Assembly: GCA_002633005.1 (NCBI GenBank)
Contig: NMRA01000174.1
Location: 265,754-329,753 of the forward strand
Reading direction: 5' to 3'
Source: Phoronis australis
Taxonomy: Eukaryota > Animalia > Phoronida
DNA: 64,000 bases
Shown here: in pieces, positions 12,771-25,500 of the stretch
How positions within the stretch are numbered: position 1 is the first letter of the stretch
Layout of the letters: each line of letters opens with the position of its first letter
The notes under the pieces: generated by a model
What the model saw: only the letters and a program-made list of their open reading frames with translations
What the model was told of the DNA's origin: nothing
The model's database searches: none
Translations under genes and position numbers: made by a program

Positions 12771-15700
12771 AGATTATCTGGCTCCAAAGCACATGCTGCC
12801 CAAAGCCAAGCTGGTGAAAGATTTAATCAACACATCCATCAATAATTCAAACAGTAACTGAGCCCTGCCCATTGGAATGTCATTGCCTAAAAACTGAAGA
12901 CATACCTGGTATAAGTAATATAGACCCACAGTTTCTCTAAGTCACACTGACAGGTCATTTTTAAATTAAATTCTACTACTGTACTGCATGAACTCTCAGG
13001 TTTAAATGTTAATAAATCACTACAAGGACAGAAAAAATCAGTGAAGACTGGTAGTTTACAATACATGATAACACTTGCACAAACTCCACTTATTCATTTC
13101 TCTGAACTCTCACAGTACACCTAGTTCCCTTGTAACACTTGTGATCTCTCAAGCCAGTGTTTGTGGCAGTGCCAGACCACAATAGTGGCTTGTTTATCAA
13201 AAAACAGGAGGCTGTTTTTCTCCAACAGAGTTATTTTGTTGGAGAACAAAAATTAGCCTACCCGTGAATGAGATAAAGCTCGCAAGCTGTATTACCAGGA
13301 ATTTTTCTCTGAGTGACATTTTACACGGAAACAAGATTGAACCAGCATGTACCATTTTATCTACAACTAAAAGCAAGCCACTTATACGCTAAATGACGCC
13401 CGTTAAATGAAATCACACCAAGGCATAATGATGACAAATGGAAAAATTACAATGTGAAACTGAAACAATGCACGCTCGCTCGTGTCACTTAAAGTGGCTA
13501 AAAACCTGTGTTCTGCCCAAGAAGCCAACGTTGGATTTAAATCACCTGCCTCTAAAATTAGCCTCAACTTGACTCTTGCTCAGATTGGAAATGATTTCAG
13601 GGTTTGCAAAGAGCTAACAGGTCATTACCGGTATATTCCTTGCGACCATGCTCACCATACAAAATGACACGTCACAGCATGGAGAGCCAACTTGTAGAGC
13701 CCTAGACTCAAGCAATAACGAACCGCTCACTCCACAAAATGACATGCCATAACATAACGAACAGTCCGTTCTGAAATCAACTCAATATATTTGACTAAGG
13801 AACAAATTGAGACCAATTTCATAACAGGAAGTAGCCTAAACCAAAATTGGGTTTTTGTGATGGAAGGCGGATTAAGCATGAACTGATAACAATTGCACTC
13901 GGAAAATAAATTAGACAAAGAACAGAATTGAAGGTAAAAGTTATGCACTCCAATTCAAAACGCAAGTTTTGCAACAATGGCAAATTTTTATAGGAATCAC
14001 AGCCCCCTACATATCCAACAACCAGGAATACCCAACATGTTCACTTCGTCCTTTTTTGCTTACGCCAGTCCAAACATTACACTCAAGGTCACACATTTTT
14101 CAATCCTCCGGGTACACAATTTGCTCCACAAAGCTTGAACACTATCGGAGCTCAATAGTTACATTAAGGCTTCTTTCCAAAGAGACCTTTATGTATACTC
14201 GCACTTGTACAATGAAACTGTTTTCATATTTCAATGCAGAAATGGATACAGAAGTACCACCCTGCCAAAGATAGTCAGTGATTTATCAACAAAAGACAGG
14301 TGTCGACAGAACTTTTTTAGTCACTTCTACGGTAATTTAGGAAATATTCTGCATTCAGCTGTAGCATAGTGAGAGTACAAAGCCTCTTTTGCTCAGCCCA
14401 GTTTCTAATTCTGCTGAGCAAGGTGGGCCAAGTTGACAGCGACGAAAATATTTTCCTTTATTCAGGGACATTTTGAGACACATTTGTTTGAATCGCCTGA
14501 ATATGCCACTGCACAACACATTCCGCTCAGGGTCACAGTTCATCCCGTTAGCACGTTGGGGTACCTGTTGGGGTACCTTAGCTACAGATGGCCATTAGAA
14601 GTAACAGTATCCTAGATAATGTGTTTCATCTTCCTGTTTGATTTCAAGCAATGATAAGCACTGAATGGAGTGTGCCTGAGCATTGGCGTATTCCAACTTC
14701 TGCATTTTTATCATTAACCGGTACTTAACAAACCGGCACCAGCACTTTAATTGACCTATCCTTATGAAGCGAGGTCAGTGCCTGAGCAAAATGAGAGGCA
14801 ATTTTACAAAATGACGGAGGCAAAGGAAAATATCCTACTGCATTAAATCCACCAACTAACCTATAACCATCTAGCGACAAGGAGAATTTCATCATGTCGA
14901 AGCTATATCATAAAAGGGCTATTGGATCATGTGCGGTCCACTTGTGAATGGGGTTGCCATGTGTGCTTTCTACGTGAATATGCAAATCATGGGCTTGAAT
15001 GAACTAACAGTATTTTGTAAAACAAATTGGAAAATGTCCACTTTGACAAATTTTGGATCCAAGAAAGTGCAGCCAAATGTCTATTCTAAAAAGAGCATGA
15101 GTCCCATAAAATTACCTAAGAAGAGGTGAATATCACACAGTAATTTCAACTGTGACTAAACTACACGGCAATTTATATCTAATGCCCCATTTGCTAAATT
15201 GACAGAACTTTAAGTAATGTCCCAACTATTTTTCATGCCTCTGCACGACTAACCTTCAACAAACCGGGTGGCAGCCAGGAAAACCATCGCAAGACGTGAA
15301 GTTTTAACACCATGAATTACATCCAAGGAGAACAAGGAGAGCACAGAATACTTCAAACAAACGTTCCCTGGGAATTGGTGCAGCTCCAGAGCAACACCCA
15401 AACCAAATATTTTTCAACAAGGCAGTCTGCATTGTCAGTAAACATTCCATTATTGATCAAGAGTAGGTACAACAAAAGTTCCTGCCAAACAGTTTTAGTC
15501 ACTGAAAAGGCAATACATGGCTATTTGTGATAACATCAAAATATAAATATGCCTTGTGCAGGAAAATACTTGGGATACATATGGTCTCCACCTTGAATGA
15601 AGGTCATACCCACTGAACCCTGAGTTACATAACACAAGACCATGAAATGGAGTGTAGAAGTTCTCCACCAAGTTACACCAGAGGACTGTGGAAAGCCAAA

Positions 15701-17489
15701 ATAGACAAAAATACTTACCAATAAAGTCCAAAACAAGAATTTTCAAATCTCGTTTTAATACAAAATGAAATTACTAGGATTTCCTTTTCACTTCAGAAAT
15801 TACAGCAAAAATGTACAACAAAAAAAATTGCAAAAATAAATTTCAAATGCTAGGAAAACGTAGCCATGAAAATGACAGTCATCCAGTTGAAGCAAGATGG
15901 CAGAGCCTGTTGGCAAAGAATTCTCGTTTTAACTCCCAAATCAACAAAACCAGTTCACTACACCTACAGTCAAAACCTACAAATGGAATTGCAAATTACT
16001 TACTGTTGAAGTTCTATCTACGCACATCCATTTTTCGTAAATGCCAGACTTTCTGAACCCTCTCTGTACACTCAGATTTACTGCAAAAAAAGTTGCACAC
16101 GAAAATCCAGAGCATGTAGACAGGGCTTTACATGAATAGGAGACTCACACATATTGATAAGCAGTGGCGGATCTAGGATACCATAAGGGAGGGGCCCAAC
16201 AAGTTACCTCGGGGAATTGGGCAAAACGCGGTTGTATGTGTACAGGTGTCCCGAAACTTGCGTGGGGCGGGAGTATGAACCTTGTGTTCGGAAACTCTAT
16301 CAACTAAAAAATACAACGGGAACGCGACGCGATCTGGGTCCCCCTTCTCCACTATCGGTCCTAGTTATATTTCCTCACGCTTCATGCTATTGCTGTTTCA
16401 CTATGATATGCCCTGATAAACATGACCAACTAGTCCTCATCTTTCCATATTCTGTCTTCTACCTATCATGCGAATAGATGCACGACAAAAGTACAGGAAT
16501 AGTCATTTTGAGGAGGTCCTACGATCAGGATGTCATAACTAAAGCTCTCATTAGCCAAGATGAAATAGAAAGCGATGACCAATCCAACACCCTTGAAAAG
16601 ACAGAACTTAGCTGCTTACCAGTGTGGGACCATATATAAATTTTGGACATTACCGGTATTTTCCATGAACTATTACGGATTCCTTTATAATTTCTTACTA
16701 TATAAAATTTGGCATCAAGGGAAAGTATACGAAAGTGTAGCATTCAGGAAGATGGACCTTGTGCTCAATATGGTAAGTCCTGAAGGCCTGTACCACTGGC
16801 TCTGAAGCTTCCATGTTGTCAAAGGTTCGGTCAATGAGAACACTTAACTTCGGTCTTGAATCGAAGTTAACAGCTTAAGTTGACTCCAAAGTAAAGAGGT
16901 GGATTTAACAGCTAAGCACTGAGTCTCCCTTACAGTGGGAACACTTAACTTCAATGCTATGGAGTTATTAGCTCGGGTCACTGCCTGCGTTTACCAACAG
17001 CAGGTAGTTACTAGTTACTATTTGTTAATATTTTGTTCCAATAATTATTATTTTGCCGCTAGAAGCATTCTGCTTCAATTTAACCACGTATTTGCTGGAT
17101 TCTTTACAGTAAAAGAATCACCAACGTGTAGTATATATGCAAAACGAAGTCCCAACATGCCATAACACCTTTGTTTGGATCAGGTGTTAGTCTGCCCAAG
17201 AGTCAAATTTTTTAATGTTATTTTCTAGTACATCTTCATTGTCCCATCATGGCATCTGCTGAATGACTTGTGAAGTTGACGTTATAGTTTCCTATCAGGG
17301 GAGAGAGAGATCCTGGCCATTTTCGATGGCAAGCCCTGTCAACAACAACAAGGCCATATGACCAAAGGTCATATTAACACCGCCTTGAGACAAGTTCGCT
17401 GAACTATAATTCTGAAGCTGATGGGCACTGACGTTCAACTTTGCCATAACAACAGTTGACATCAAAGCTTTGATAGTAGCGAATTAAAA

Positions 17490-17913
17490 GGGCCTTTCAT
17501 ACCAACGTCGCAGTTAAAAGCTCCAGTTAACATCGCAGTTAACAGGTGGATTTAATAGCGCAATGGGAGCAGTATGAATGCTTAACTTCGGTCCAGTCGA
17601 AGTTATCGCCAGGTGCCACTGCTATCGTCAACAGATACAAGGTAGTGCCATCACTAACAGCTGCTTATATTTTGCTCTAATAATAACCAGTCGATTTGAA
17701 AATATATTTAATGTCACTTAGCACATGTAAATTTTTCCAAATTGAAACATTGAAAAAATTTTAGCGTGCAACGCTACCTTGCGATAACTTCGATGACGAC
17801 AGCGGCACCAACCGCTTACTTCGATGTTCATTAACTACGGAAGCCACTGTGAACGGTCCAATTAACTGCGCTGTTTACGTGGACGCTGGGCTCAGACTGT
17901 ATGGGAAAGGGCC
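17490..17913. mobile_element. Same MITE family, copy 2, inverted relative to copy 1
   Basis: Starts GGGCCTTTCATAC, ends GTATGGGAAAGGGCC; ~400 bp of reverse-complement similarity to 5859-6370. Confidence 0.75.
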
Positions 17914-19532
17914 TTTGAACACCAGCACCATTCAGAATGGTCCTCATCTCCACAGTTCAGCCTAAGCTAAGATAACAGGCACACTTTTGTCCCAGCCTCC
18001 AAGGTAATTACTTTGACCCTTTTTAAATAATAGCAGGCAGGATGAAAGAACTTAACCTTTGTGAGCAGACAAGCAGACTGGCCTAAAGAATACAGTGATA
18101 CAATCAAAGGCTTTATGACCAGCTATTAGGTAAAGATAGGAGTCAATAAAGGCCAAGACTATTTAAATTACTAGTAGGGGAAATAAATGGGACACATTAC
18201 AATCAGGGAAAAATCTCAAAGTCTGTTTGTTGTAAGACATGTTGTACTTTAAATTTCAATGTTAGAACAAAAAGACTTACATGTAACATCAAGATGAACA
18301 CAGGCATAAAATTCTGCTTAAAACGATCCTAATCTTGAAACCAAAGAATACTTCAAGGTCAATGTCCTACTTGCAGAGAAGACTGATGTACACCGTGAGT
18401 GAATTGCAAAACCAACAAGCTTGCCACTTGAGAAATGATTTCCTCTTTGCAGCATTTCTTGATGATAAAAGAGCCCTTTGATTACTCACTTAACTTATGT
18501 GTTGTTGAAACTGCAAAGTTAGTTGAAGCTTTTTGTGGTTAACTACAATTGATGTGAGGCCAGCGAGGGAACGAAGTTATCACAAAACAGTGCCCCAAAA
18601 ACAATTTGAAGGAATCATATAAATATATGGTGAAATAATAAATGAAATGAAGTGCTTCTAGTGGCGAAGTAGTGGATATTTGAGAAAAAGGTGTCAAATA
18701 ATGTCACATGTGCCCTTATTGACAGCGACACCTGCCAATAACTCAGTGACACCACATTTTATATTCATACCACAATGAAGCATCGACAATCCGACAATCC
18801 ATTGTAAAAGTCACCTATTTACAGAGTATTTAACGAGCTCTCAAGTACGATCAAAAACTAAGTTAACTGGTTGTATCAACCCACACTCCCAAAAACATCG
18901 ACATTGGCATGAACGACCCATAGACCTTCAGAGTCTAGTCTTATAATAGTCTGTACCAAAACTACATTAAAATTGCACTTTTGTTACGACTTCAGTATCC
19001 CGTTTAACAATATTTAGACATGGTAAATACTGGTTCTAGTAATTTATTGTTTCCCAGAACAAGTGCTCCTGATCCAATATGTCTTTTCCACCGACAAAAT
19101 CCAGTTCAATGGAACAACTGTGCAATCAAAAAGTACTAGTAGTCTAGATACCAAGTGATGAAAAATCAACCCAAGACGTTGGCCAATTCTAAACTCTCCA
19201 TGGTCAACCACCACTTTTGAATAGATACGAAAGTTGAAAGAATATGATGAAAAACTAGCTGAAAGCACTTGAAAGGATTTCAAGAACGGAATGGCCTCCA
19301 ACCCATCCTCTCTAGGCTCTGTACATATAGTAGGTATTAACGGTACATGACTTCATCGGTTTAAGCAATAATTAACTCACAAAAACTCAATAGTTTCCAA
19401 TGAACAAGGGACTAATGAGGGTATTTAGTAGCATACTCACATAACAGCAAGTCTGCATAGATCTAAAACGGTGAAGAAATTCATGACATAACTGACGATG
19501 ATTTAAGCATATGGCAATTCTATCCAAACAAC

Positions 19533-19817
19533 AGGCAGTACTCTCTACAGCCCAAGGCTGGGAAACACTCTCTACAGCCCAATAACGGGCAACACACTCT
19601 ACAGCCTAATAACGGACAACACTCTCTACAGCCCAATACTGGGCAACACTCTCTACAGCCCAATACCTGGCAACACTCTCTACAGCCCAACACCTGGCAA
19701 TACTCTCTACAGCTCAATACCGGGCAACACTCTCTGCAGTCCAATATCGGGCAATACTCTCTACAGCCCAATACCGAGAAATACCCTCTAAAGCCCAATA
19801 CCAGGCAATATTCTCCT
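19533..19817. repeat. 27-bp minisatellite, ~10 copies
   Basis: Unit approximately ACTCTCTACAGCCCAATACCGGGCAAC in tandem. Confidence 0.92.
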
Positions 19818-20354
19818 AGATGCTGTGCAATCAAAGGGCCATAGTCCTGATTGGAAGTCCTCAAGTTGCATTATAAAATATCAGTGATATAATAAATGCA
19901 CAAAATATTCCATCAGGAAATGTTTACTTGATGATTAATAAGCTTGATTACCTTTACACCAATACAACTTAACTTAAAAGCAGTTTTGTCACATGACCAG
20001 AAGTTGTGCTCATTGTTGTCAGGCAGTGACCCATCCGTAATAACACTTGCGCTCTAGAAGATTTTCAGCAAATTATGTCTTTATCTGGATTAACCATCCA
20101 AGTAACTTCCCTTTTTACCTTTTATATAAGTACTCAAACTAAGACCTTGGGTATTGGAATTTCTTTTTCAACAGATTGGAGTCCTCAATAAAACCACCTG
20201 CCAACTCAAAGTCAAACGGAAATGTATGGAGGGTTAAAATACAAGGAAGACAAAAAGGCGAGGTGGACCCGTCTAAGTTGTCATAAGAACAACATGGCAG
20301 GCAATGGGCGTTTCTTGCATCTGGCCAAGTAAATCCTACTAATAAGATTAGATT

Positions 20355-20681
20355 TCTAGATTGCCGGTCTAGTACTCTCACCACTGAGCTACTGAGGACC
20401 CGATATCTGTGCAATTACTGTTTACAGCCAACTGTTAAGTCATACATCCCATGAGCAGGAATCCTGTGTGAAAAAGGCGAAACGCCGCTCTTGGGATGTA
20501 TGACTTTACAGTTGGCTGTAAACAGTAATTGCACAGATATCGGGTCCTCAGTAGCTCAGTGGTGAGAGCACTAGACCGGCAATCTAGAGACCTTTGGTTC
20601 GATTCCCAGTTGGGGTTCCTGATTTTTCTGTGTTTATTGATATATTTCATTACTGGCCAACCTCAGCGTCTATATATCTAC
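20355..20681 (+). mobile_element. Palindromic insertion containing a tRNA-like Pol III module, flanked by a 12-bp direct repeat
   Basis: Arms 20355-20456 and 20487-20588 are near-perfect reverse complements. tRNA-like 20542-20619 has A box TAGCTCAGTGG, B box GGTTCGATTCC and TTTTT at 20623. TAAGATTAGATT at 20343-20354 and 20682-20693. Confidence 0.8.
20542..20619 (+). pseudogene. tRNA-like sequence (GGC at anticodon position), repeat-borne and not a canonical tRNA
   Basis: A and B boxes; anticodon arm CTAGA-CCGGCAA-TCTAG; imperfect acceptor and T stems; C instead of U33. Confidence 0.6.
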
Positions 20682-21177
20682 TAAGATTAGATTCAATGAC
20701 TTCACCATAAATGCGAAGAGACAATTATTTAGATTTGGTGAGTGATGGTCCCTAATTTTGAGAGCCAGGCAATCACTGAATAGCTTTCAGTCATTCAATG
20801 GGTGTATGTGACTCTCGAAACCAGGGACCCCAAAAAGAGATCACAGCTGGATCAACCAAAAATGATCAGAAGTTTCTTAACAAGTGAGTCAGATTTTATT
20901 GTGTTATGTAGTGTTCCGATATTTCAATTCTAAAGTTATCTACAAATTCAAGAAACAGGCCTCAGTTAGCAAAGTGCACAAAAGGACTACCAAGCTCCCC
21001 ACAGTAGCAATTACCATGTTGTCCGACTGGCAATAGTACCTTTCAGTGGTTTCAAATTTTTGAGAACCAGTTTCTTCCACTGAAAACCGGAGATTGTCTG
21101 TGATAGTACAAGTGGCCTGTGTTTAGCTTCATGGTGTTCATATTGTACGCGATTTCAAGCTTTTAGGCAATTGTAAT

Positions 21178-21203
21178 GCTGCTGCTGCTGCTGCTGCTGC
21201 TGC
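21178..21203. repeat. (GCT)n microsatellite
   Basis: Direct run of GCT units. Confidence 0.9.
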
Positions 21204-22179
21204 ATTTATAAACTTATGGCTTTATGCGGGTATACTGGCTAGTCCAAGGTCAACCCCTAATCAGGGATTAATTTGACTCAGCAATAACTACACCTTTTCA
21301 AACTCCAGGACCCTTGTAAGTGACTGCTGCCTTTCATGACTTAGCCAGTGGGCAGCACGAGAGCTTATTTTGAAAGTTTAGAACATACCTAATAGTATAG
21401 CCCACAAGTATTGTGTATGCCATTACATACCTACAGAGAGCCACTGGAAGTCCGGCGAGGTATACAATTTCACCACTACGTGATGAGAAAATTGATCACT
21501 ATGATTGGTTGCTACTTGACCTTCGATCGGGGTCATTCATAGTCGAAGGTTAAGCAGAAGGTAATCACGTGCGTTAATTAGTGGTGGGATTGCGAACCTC
21601 GCTAGGCTTCCAACAATTCTATGTAAATGTGTAATGACGCAATACTCCCTTTTTTATTTATGCATAGTGTATACTAGCTAGAGGTATGATGTAAAAGGCT
21701 GAAATAAGCTCCCATGACATGGACATAGCCATAGACATAGTGAACAGCAGGTCAGGCACAGAAGTGTACAAGTGACTGGCAATGAACCTCGGGGGCAGCC
21801 ACCACAAACTTGGATGTCCATGTTTCAGCAAATTTTCACATGAACAGGTGACAGGGTCACGTTTTTAGGTCTGGTCAGTCATGCGTGTTACGTCTTTACG
21901 TATAATGTTGACCAAAGCAAAGGGAGGACATTTCACTTCGGCACAGCAGAGCAAGACCAGTCCAGAGACTGAACCACCAATAAAGTCTGTAGGCCAAGTT
22001 AAATTACATTTAAGCTTAAAATGTCAATTTCCAAGAACCAAATTAACAGCAATTTTAAAAACAAACGTACCTGGTTTGTTTTCGTTCAGCCAGAGTCAAA
22101 ATTAACTAACTTTGTGGACCGATGTTTCACATCACCTTCCTCTTTCAGAGAACAAGACAACACAGACTTAGTAAATAAA

Positions 22180-22400
22180 ATCCGGAAATTTGATTGGTCA
22201 TTTTACAGATTCCCTAAAATCGATTAGTAAAAACAGCACAACTCTGAAATTAAGCATCTGCAGTGTTAACATAAACTATTAATGGATTTTGATTTTCCAA
22301 CATAATTGAATTTGAATAAAAAACAAATTTAAGTGGTAAAGCTTTTGTGGAGTGTCATGCGCTTTCTTACTTCCTTATTTTGTTCCGAAAATGGCGGAAG
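22180..22400. promoter_or_regulatory. Putative (possibly bidirectional) promoter of the LYSMD gene
   Basis: ETS-like CCGGAA at 22182, inverted CCAAT (TGATTGG) at 22191, YY1-like AAAATGGCGG over the ATG. Confidence 0.45.
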
Positions 22401-22555
22401 GTGGGGGTGAAAAGTCATTCCTTGGCCAATTTGTTAGAAATCAGACAAAATATGGTGCTACGAGGAAGATGAATACACCGAACGAAACATACATTAATCA
22501 TACTGTGCAAAAGGGTGATACAGTTCAAGGAATAGCCCTAGCGTATGGGGTTTCG
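22391..22555 (+). CDS. LYSMD2: LYSMD1/2-like exon 1
   Basis: MAEGGGEK...IALAYGVS, then GTAAG. Confidence 0.9.
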
Positions 22556-25500
22556 GTAAGGTTTTTCACATTGCGTGAATGAAGGCCAGAACGAAATCGA
22601 CGAAGTCAAGCTTCTGATAGTGAAAATTCATATCTAGATTGAAGCTGAAAGTAGTCCAACTGAAACTTAAAATGCTTTGTCTTAATGCGCCCATTATTTT
22701 GCGATTGCCTGATTCTCTTAGTCGGGGACCGCTATATCCAACCAGTGGCAGTGGCATGTTCAGCCTTGAGACAGTGACCACCGTCTCTACTCTAGCTAGT
22801 AGAGATGATGTAGCTCCTAGGAGCTTCATCCACCGGAAGCTTTTCGGCAAATTATGCCTCACACCGACTAAAAGATCAAAGTCACATTGTTATAAATACC
22901 TTTTGCGCATTGAGGGACACCTTAGGAGACCGTCAATGTCTTTAATTCCGTCCAATTTGAGCAAATACTCTCGTTATCAAATTTTTTCTTCTAGCAGTCT
23001 CTAGTTCAGTTCCCAAAATCTGTAACTGACCATTTTTACGCTGCGCACGCAAGGGGATATAACGTCATGCCACTAGCCGTGGGCAGTGTTAAAAATGGCC
23101 AGTTTCCGATTTTAGGAACTGAATGAAAGACTGCTCGAAGAAAAAGTTGATAAGGGGAGTATTTGTTCGAGTTGGAAGGAATTAAAGACATCGATGGCCT
23201 CCTAAAGTGTCCCACTATGTGCGAAAGGTACTTATAACAATGTGACTTTGATTTTTTAATCGGTGTGAGGCATAATTCGCCGAAAAGCTTGTGGCGCTTC
23301 ACTGTCTGTAGTTCAACTAGAGACGATGGTCACTGTCTACCCATACTGATGCCTGTGCCAAACTGATGCCTGTGCCAAACTGATTTGGTGCACTTCAATT
23401 TGGCGCGGGTTGGTGAGCCAAACTTACGCTTGCGCCAAACTAAATCTACCGTGTAAGTTTCCAAATTACTACCAGTGGTTTATGTGGTTTTTTAACGATT
23501 ATCAAAATTGAAATTTACAACACCGAGTGCGTCATAGTGCACTTCCACCGTGTGATTAATCCATATGATTTACATACATGAGCAGTCATTGTGGTCAATT
23601 TTGGCTTCTAATAAGCATAAAAAAATCCACAAACCACTAGCAGTAATTTGGGAACTTACGGTAGCTTCAGTTTGGCACAGGCATTAGTGTATCTCACTAG
23701 CCTGTGCCAAATTGTAGTGTGCCAAATCAGTTTGGCGCAGGCATCAGTTACAGTCCCTGATTTGGAGAACCAGTTTCGTCCATTGAATGACGGTGATTCA
23801 GTGATTGCCACATTTTGTCTGCTGAATATCAGGCATTAAACTGGTTCTCAGAATGCAGGACCCCTGAAAGTGTCTATTGCCGTTGATGTGGCTTCTTCTT
23901 TTTTGTAGGTTGAACAGATTAAACGGATAAACAAGTTATGGACAAACGAAAGTCTGTGTCTACGTGACATACTTCAGATTCCCTCGACCAGCATTCCGCA
24001 AAGTGCATCACTGGGCAGCGTTCTAAACGAGGATGGAGACGTTAACTGTGGTGCATCATCTGCCCAAACACTAAATGAGAACCATGAAAACGGTACAAAC
24101 AAAACAGTGAGGCCACTTACGAAATCGAAAAGTGAACATTCATGTTTAAGAACAGACCCATTGTCTCCAATGGCTGCAGCAAGTGGTGATATTAACGCTA
24201 GAGACTTGCTCAGTCAGTACGACACGTCACTGGCACGCATGAAGTCAAACGTTGAAAAAATGATGTGCAATACAGAGTGAGTGTTTGGATTAATGTTGTG
24301 AAATAATATGTTCTTTGTTTGTATTGAGGAGCCTTTCTCGGCAGGTGCACAAACATGAGTTACTTACCTCAAGGGGGACCCTGATTTTCACAATAACAGA
24401 AAATTTATTGAATTGGATTGGCATTATGTTTCACTAATTCATATCTTTTAGGGTAATTGAATCTTTTTGAGCAGTTACCATGTCAAGGTCATTCTGACAA
24501 ATATTGTTAATTTACCAAAAATCAAAAATTTAATTTGCGCGAATTCGCGAAACACTTTGTTAACCGACTCGAGGCCTCTATTGACTGATGATTGCCTTGC
24601 ACCTGACAGTTTATTCAAATTGTTTGGCATTCCTTTCTGGAGATACCGTTAACATAGTTCTTAATTCCTTCAGGCAAATTCATATACTTTTCTGTTTCTG
24701 AAAACTTAAAAATCAGGGTCAGAATTGGCAATTTTCAGAATGCAATAAAAGTTTTGCTTTAAAAGCGACCTTTTTCATCTTTTGTCATTTTAATGGCCTC
24801 TATTCAAAATGCATTTTGCCCTGTGTACCTGGCTAAAAAATAAAAATCGAATTGGGTGTTTTACTCTCACGTGATCCAGCTTTGATAGGATTCCGTTTCG
24901 GCTACCAATCGAAGTCACAGTCAGCGCGTGCATGCACCATTTTCAAATTCTCAGTTTTTGGGTTGGCCAATCCCAATTAACTTTGAAGTATTTTTTCAAA
25001 TCTTGGATAGTTTGGACGTTCTCATTGGTAACCAAAATCGAATGCTATCCAGGGCCCCTGCTCTCCTAAAGGAAAAGGTGACTGTGCCCTCTGAGATGGG
25101 AATTTTTGGTTGAGGGGAGTGAAAGTGCTCACCCGCCACCACCAATTCTACCCCTGTCACAGGGTAAGGGGCTGATATTCAGCCCTGCTGTCTCTGTAAA
25201 GTAATGTAATGAGACTGATGTTATGAGAGTAAAAGACCAAATTCCTTTTCATTTTTGCCAACTGTGCAGGGCGAGGTGCAGCTTTTAATATTCGTTTTTA
25301 ATACGTGGGAAGGTTTAGTTTATTTTTGATATTTTGTTGCTAACTTGGTTGCGAAGCGAATCCATTTTTGTCTGTGAATATTATTAACAAATGCTTTTTA
25401 ATAGTTGTGTTGCAGCTTTGTTGTGAATTTTCCTTATTTGGATTCTGTTTTTTATTATTTTGTCAAAAAATATTAAACGTGTATTGCATGTGCATGTTAC

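Noticed and set aside
13700-14250. Possible decayed LINE endonuclease on the minus strand
   Set aside because: Only vague resemblance; it cannot be supported without a translated search.
19520-19864. Cys-rich ORF (CRECCPVLG)n resembling a metallothionein
   Set aside because: It is the translation of a 27-bp minisatellite; it lacks an ATG start and has no supporting gene structure.
22566-23302. Pair of similar ORFs on opposite strands (HRKLFGKLCLTP / RHKLFGELCLTP)
   Set aside because: Mirror translations of the two arms of a palindromic element.
22391-24276. LysM domain as evidence of bacterial DNA or horizontal transfer
   Set aside because: The gene has spliceosomal introns and matches the native animal LYSMD family.
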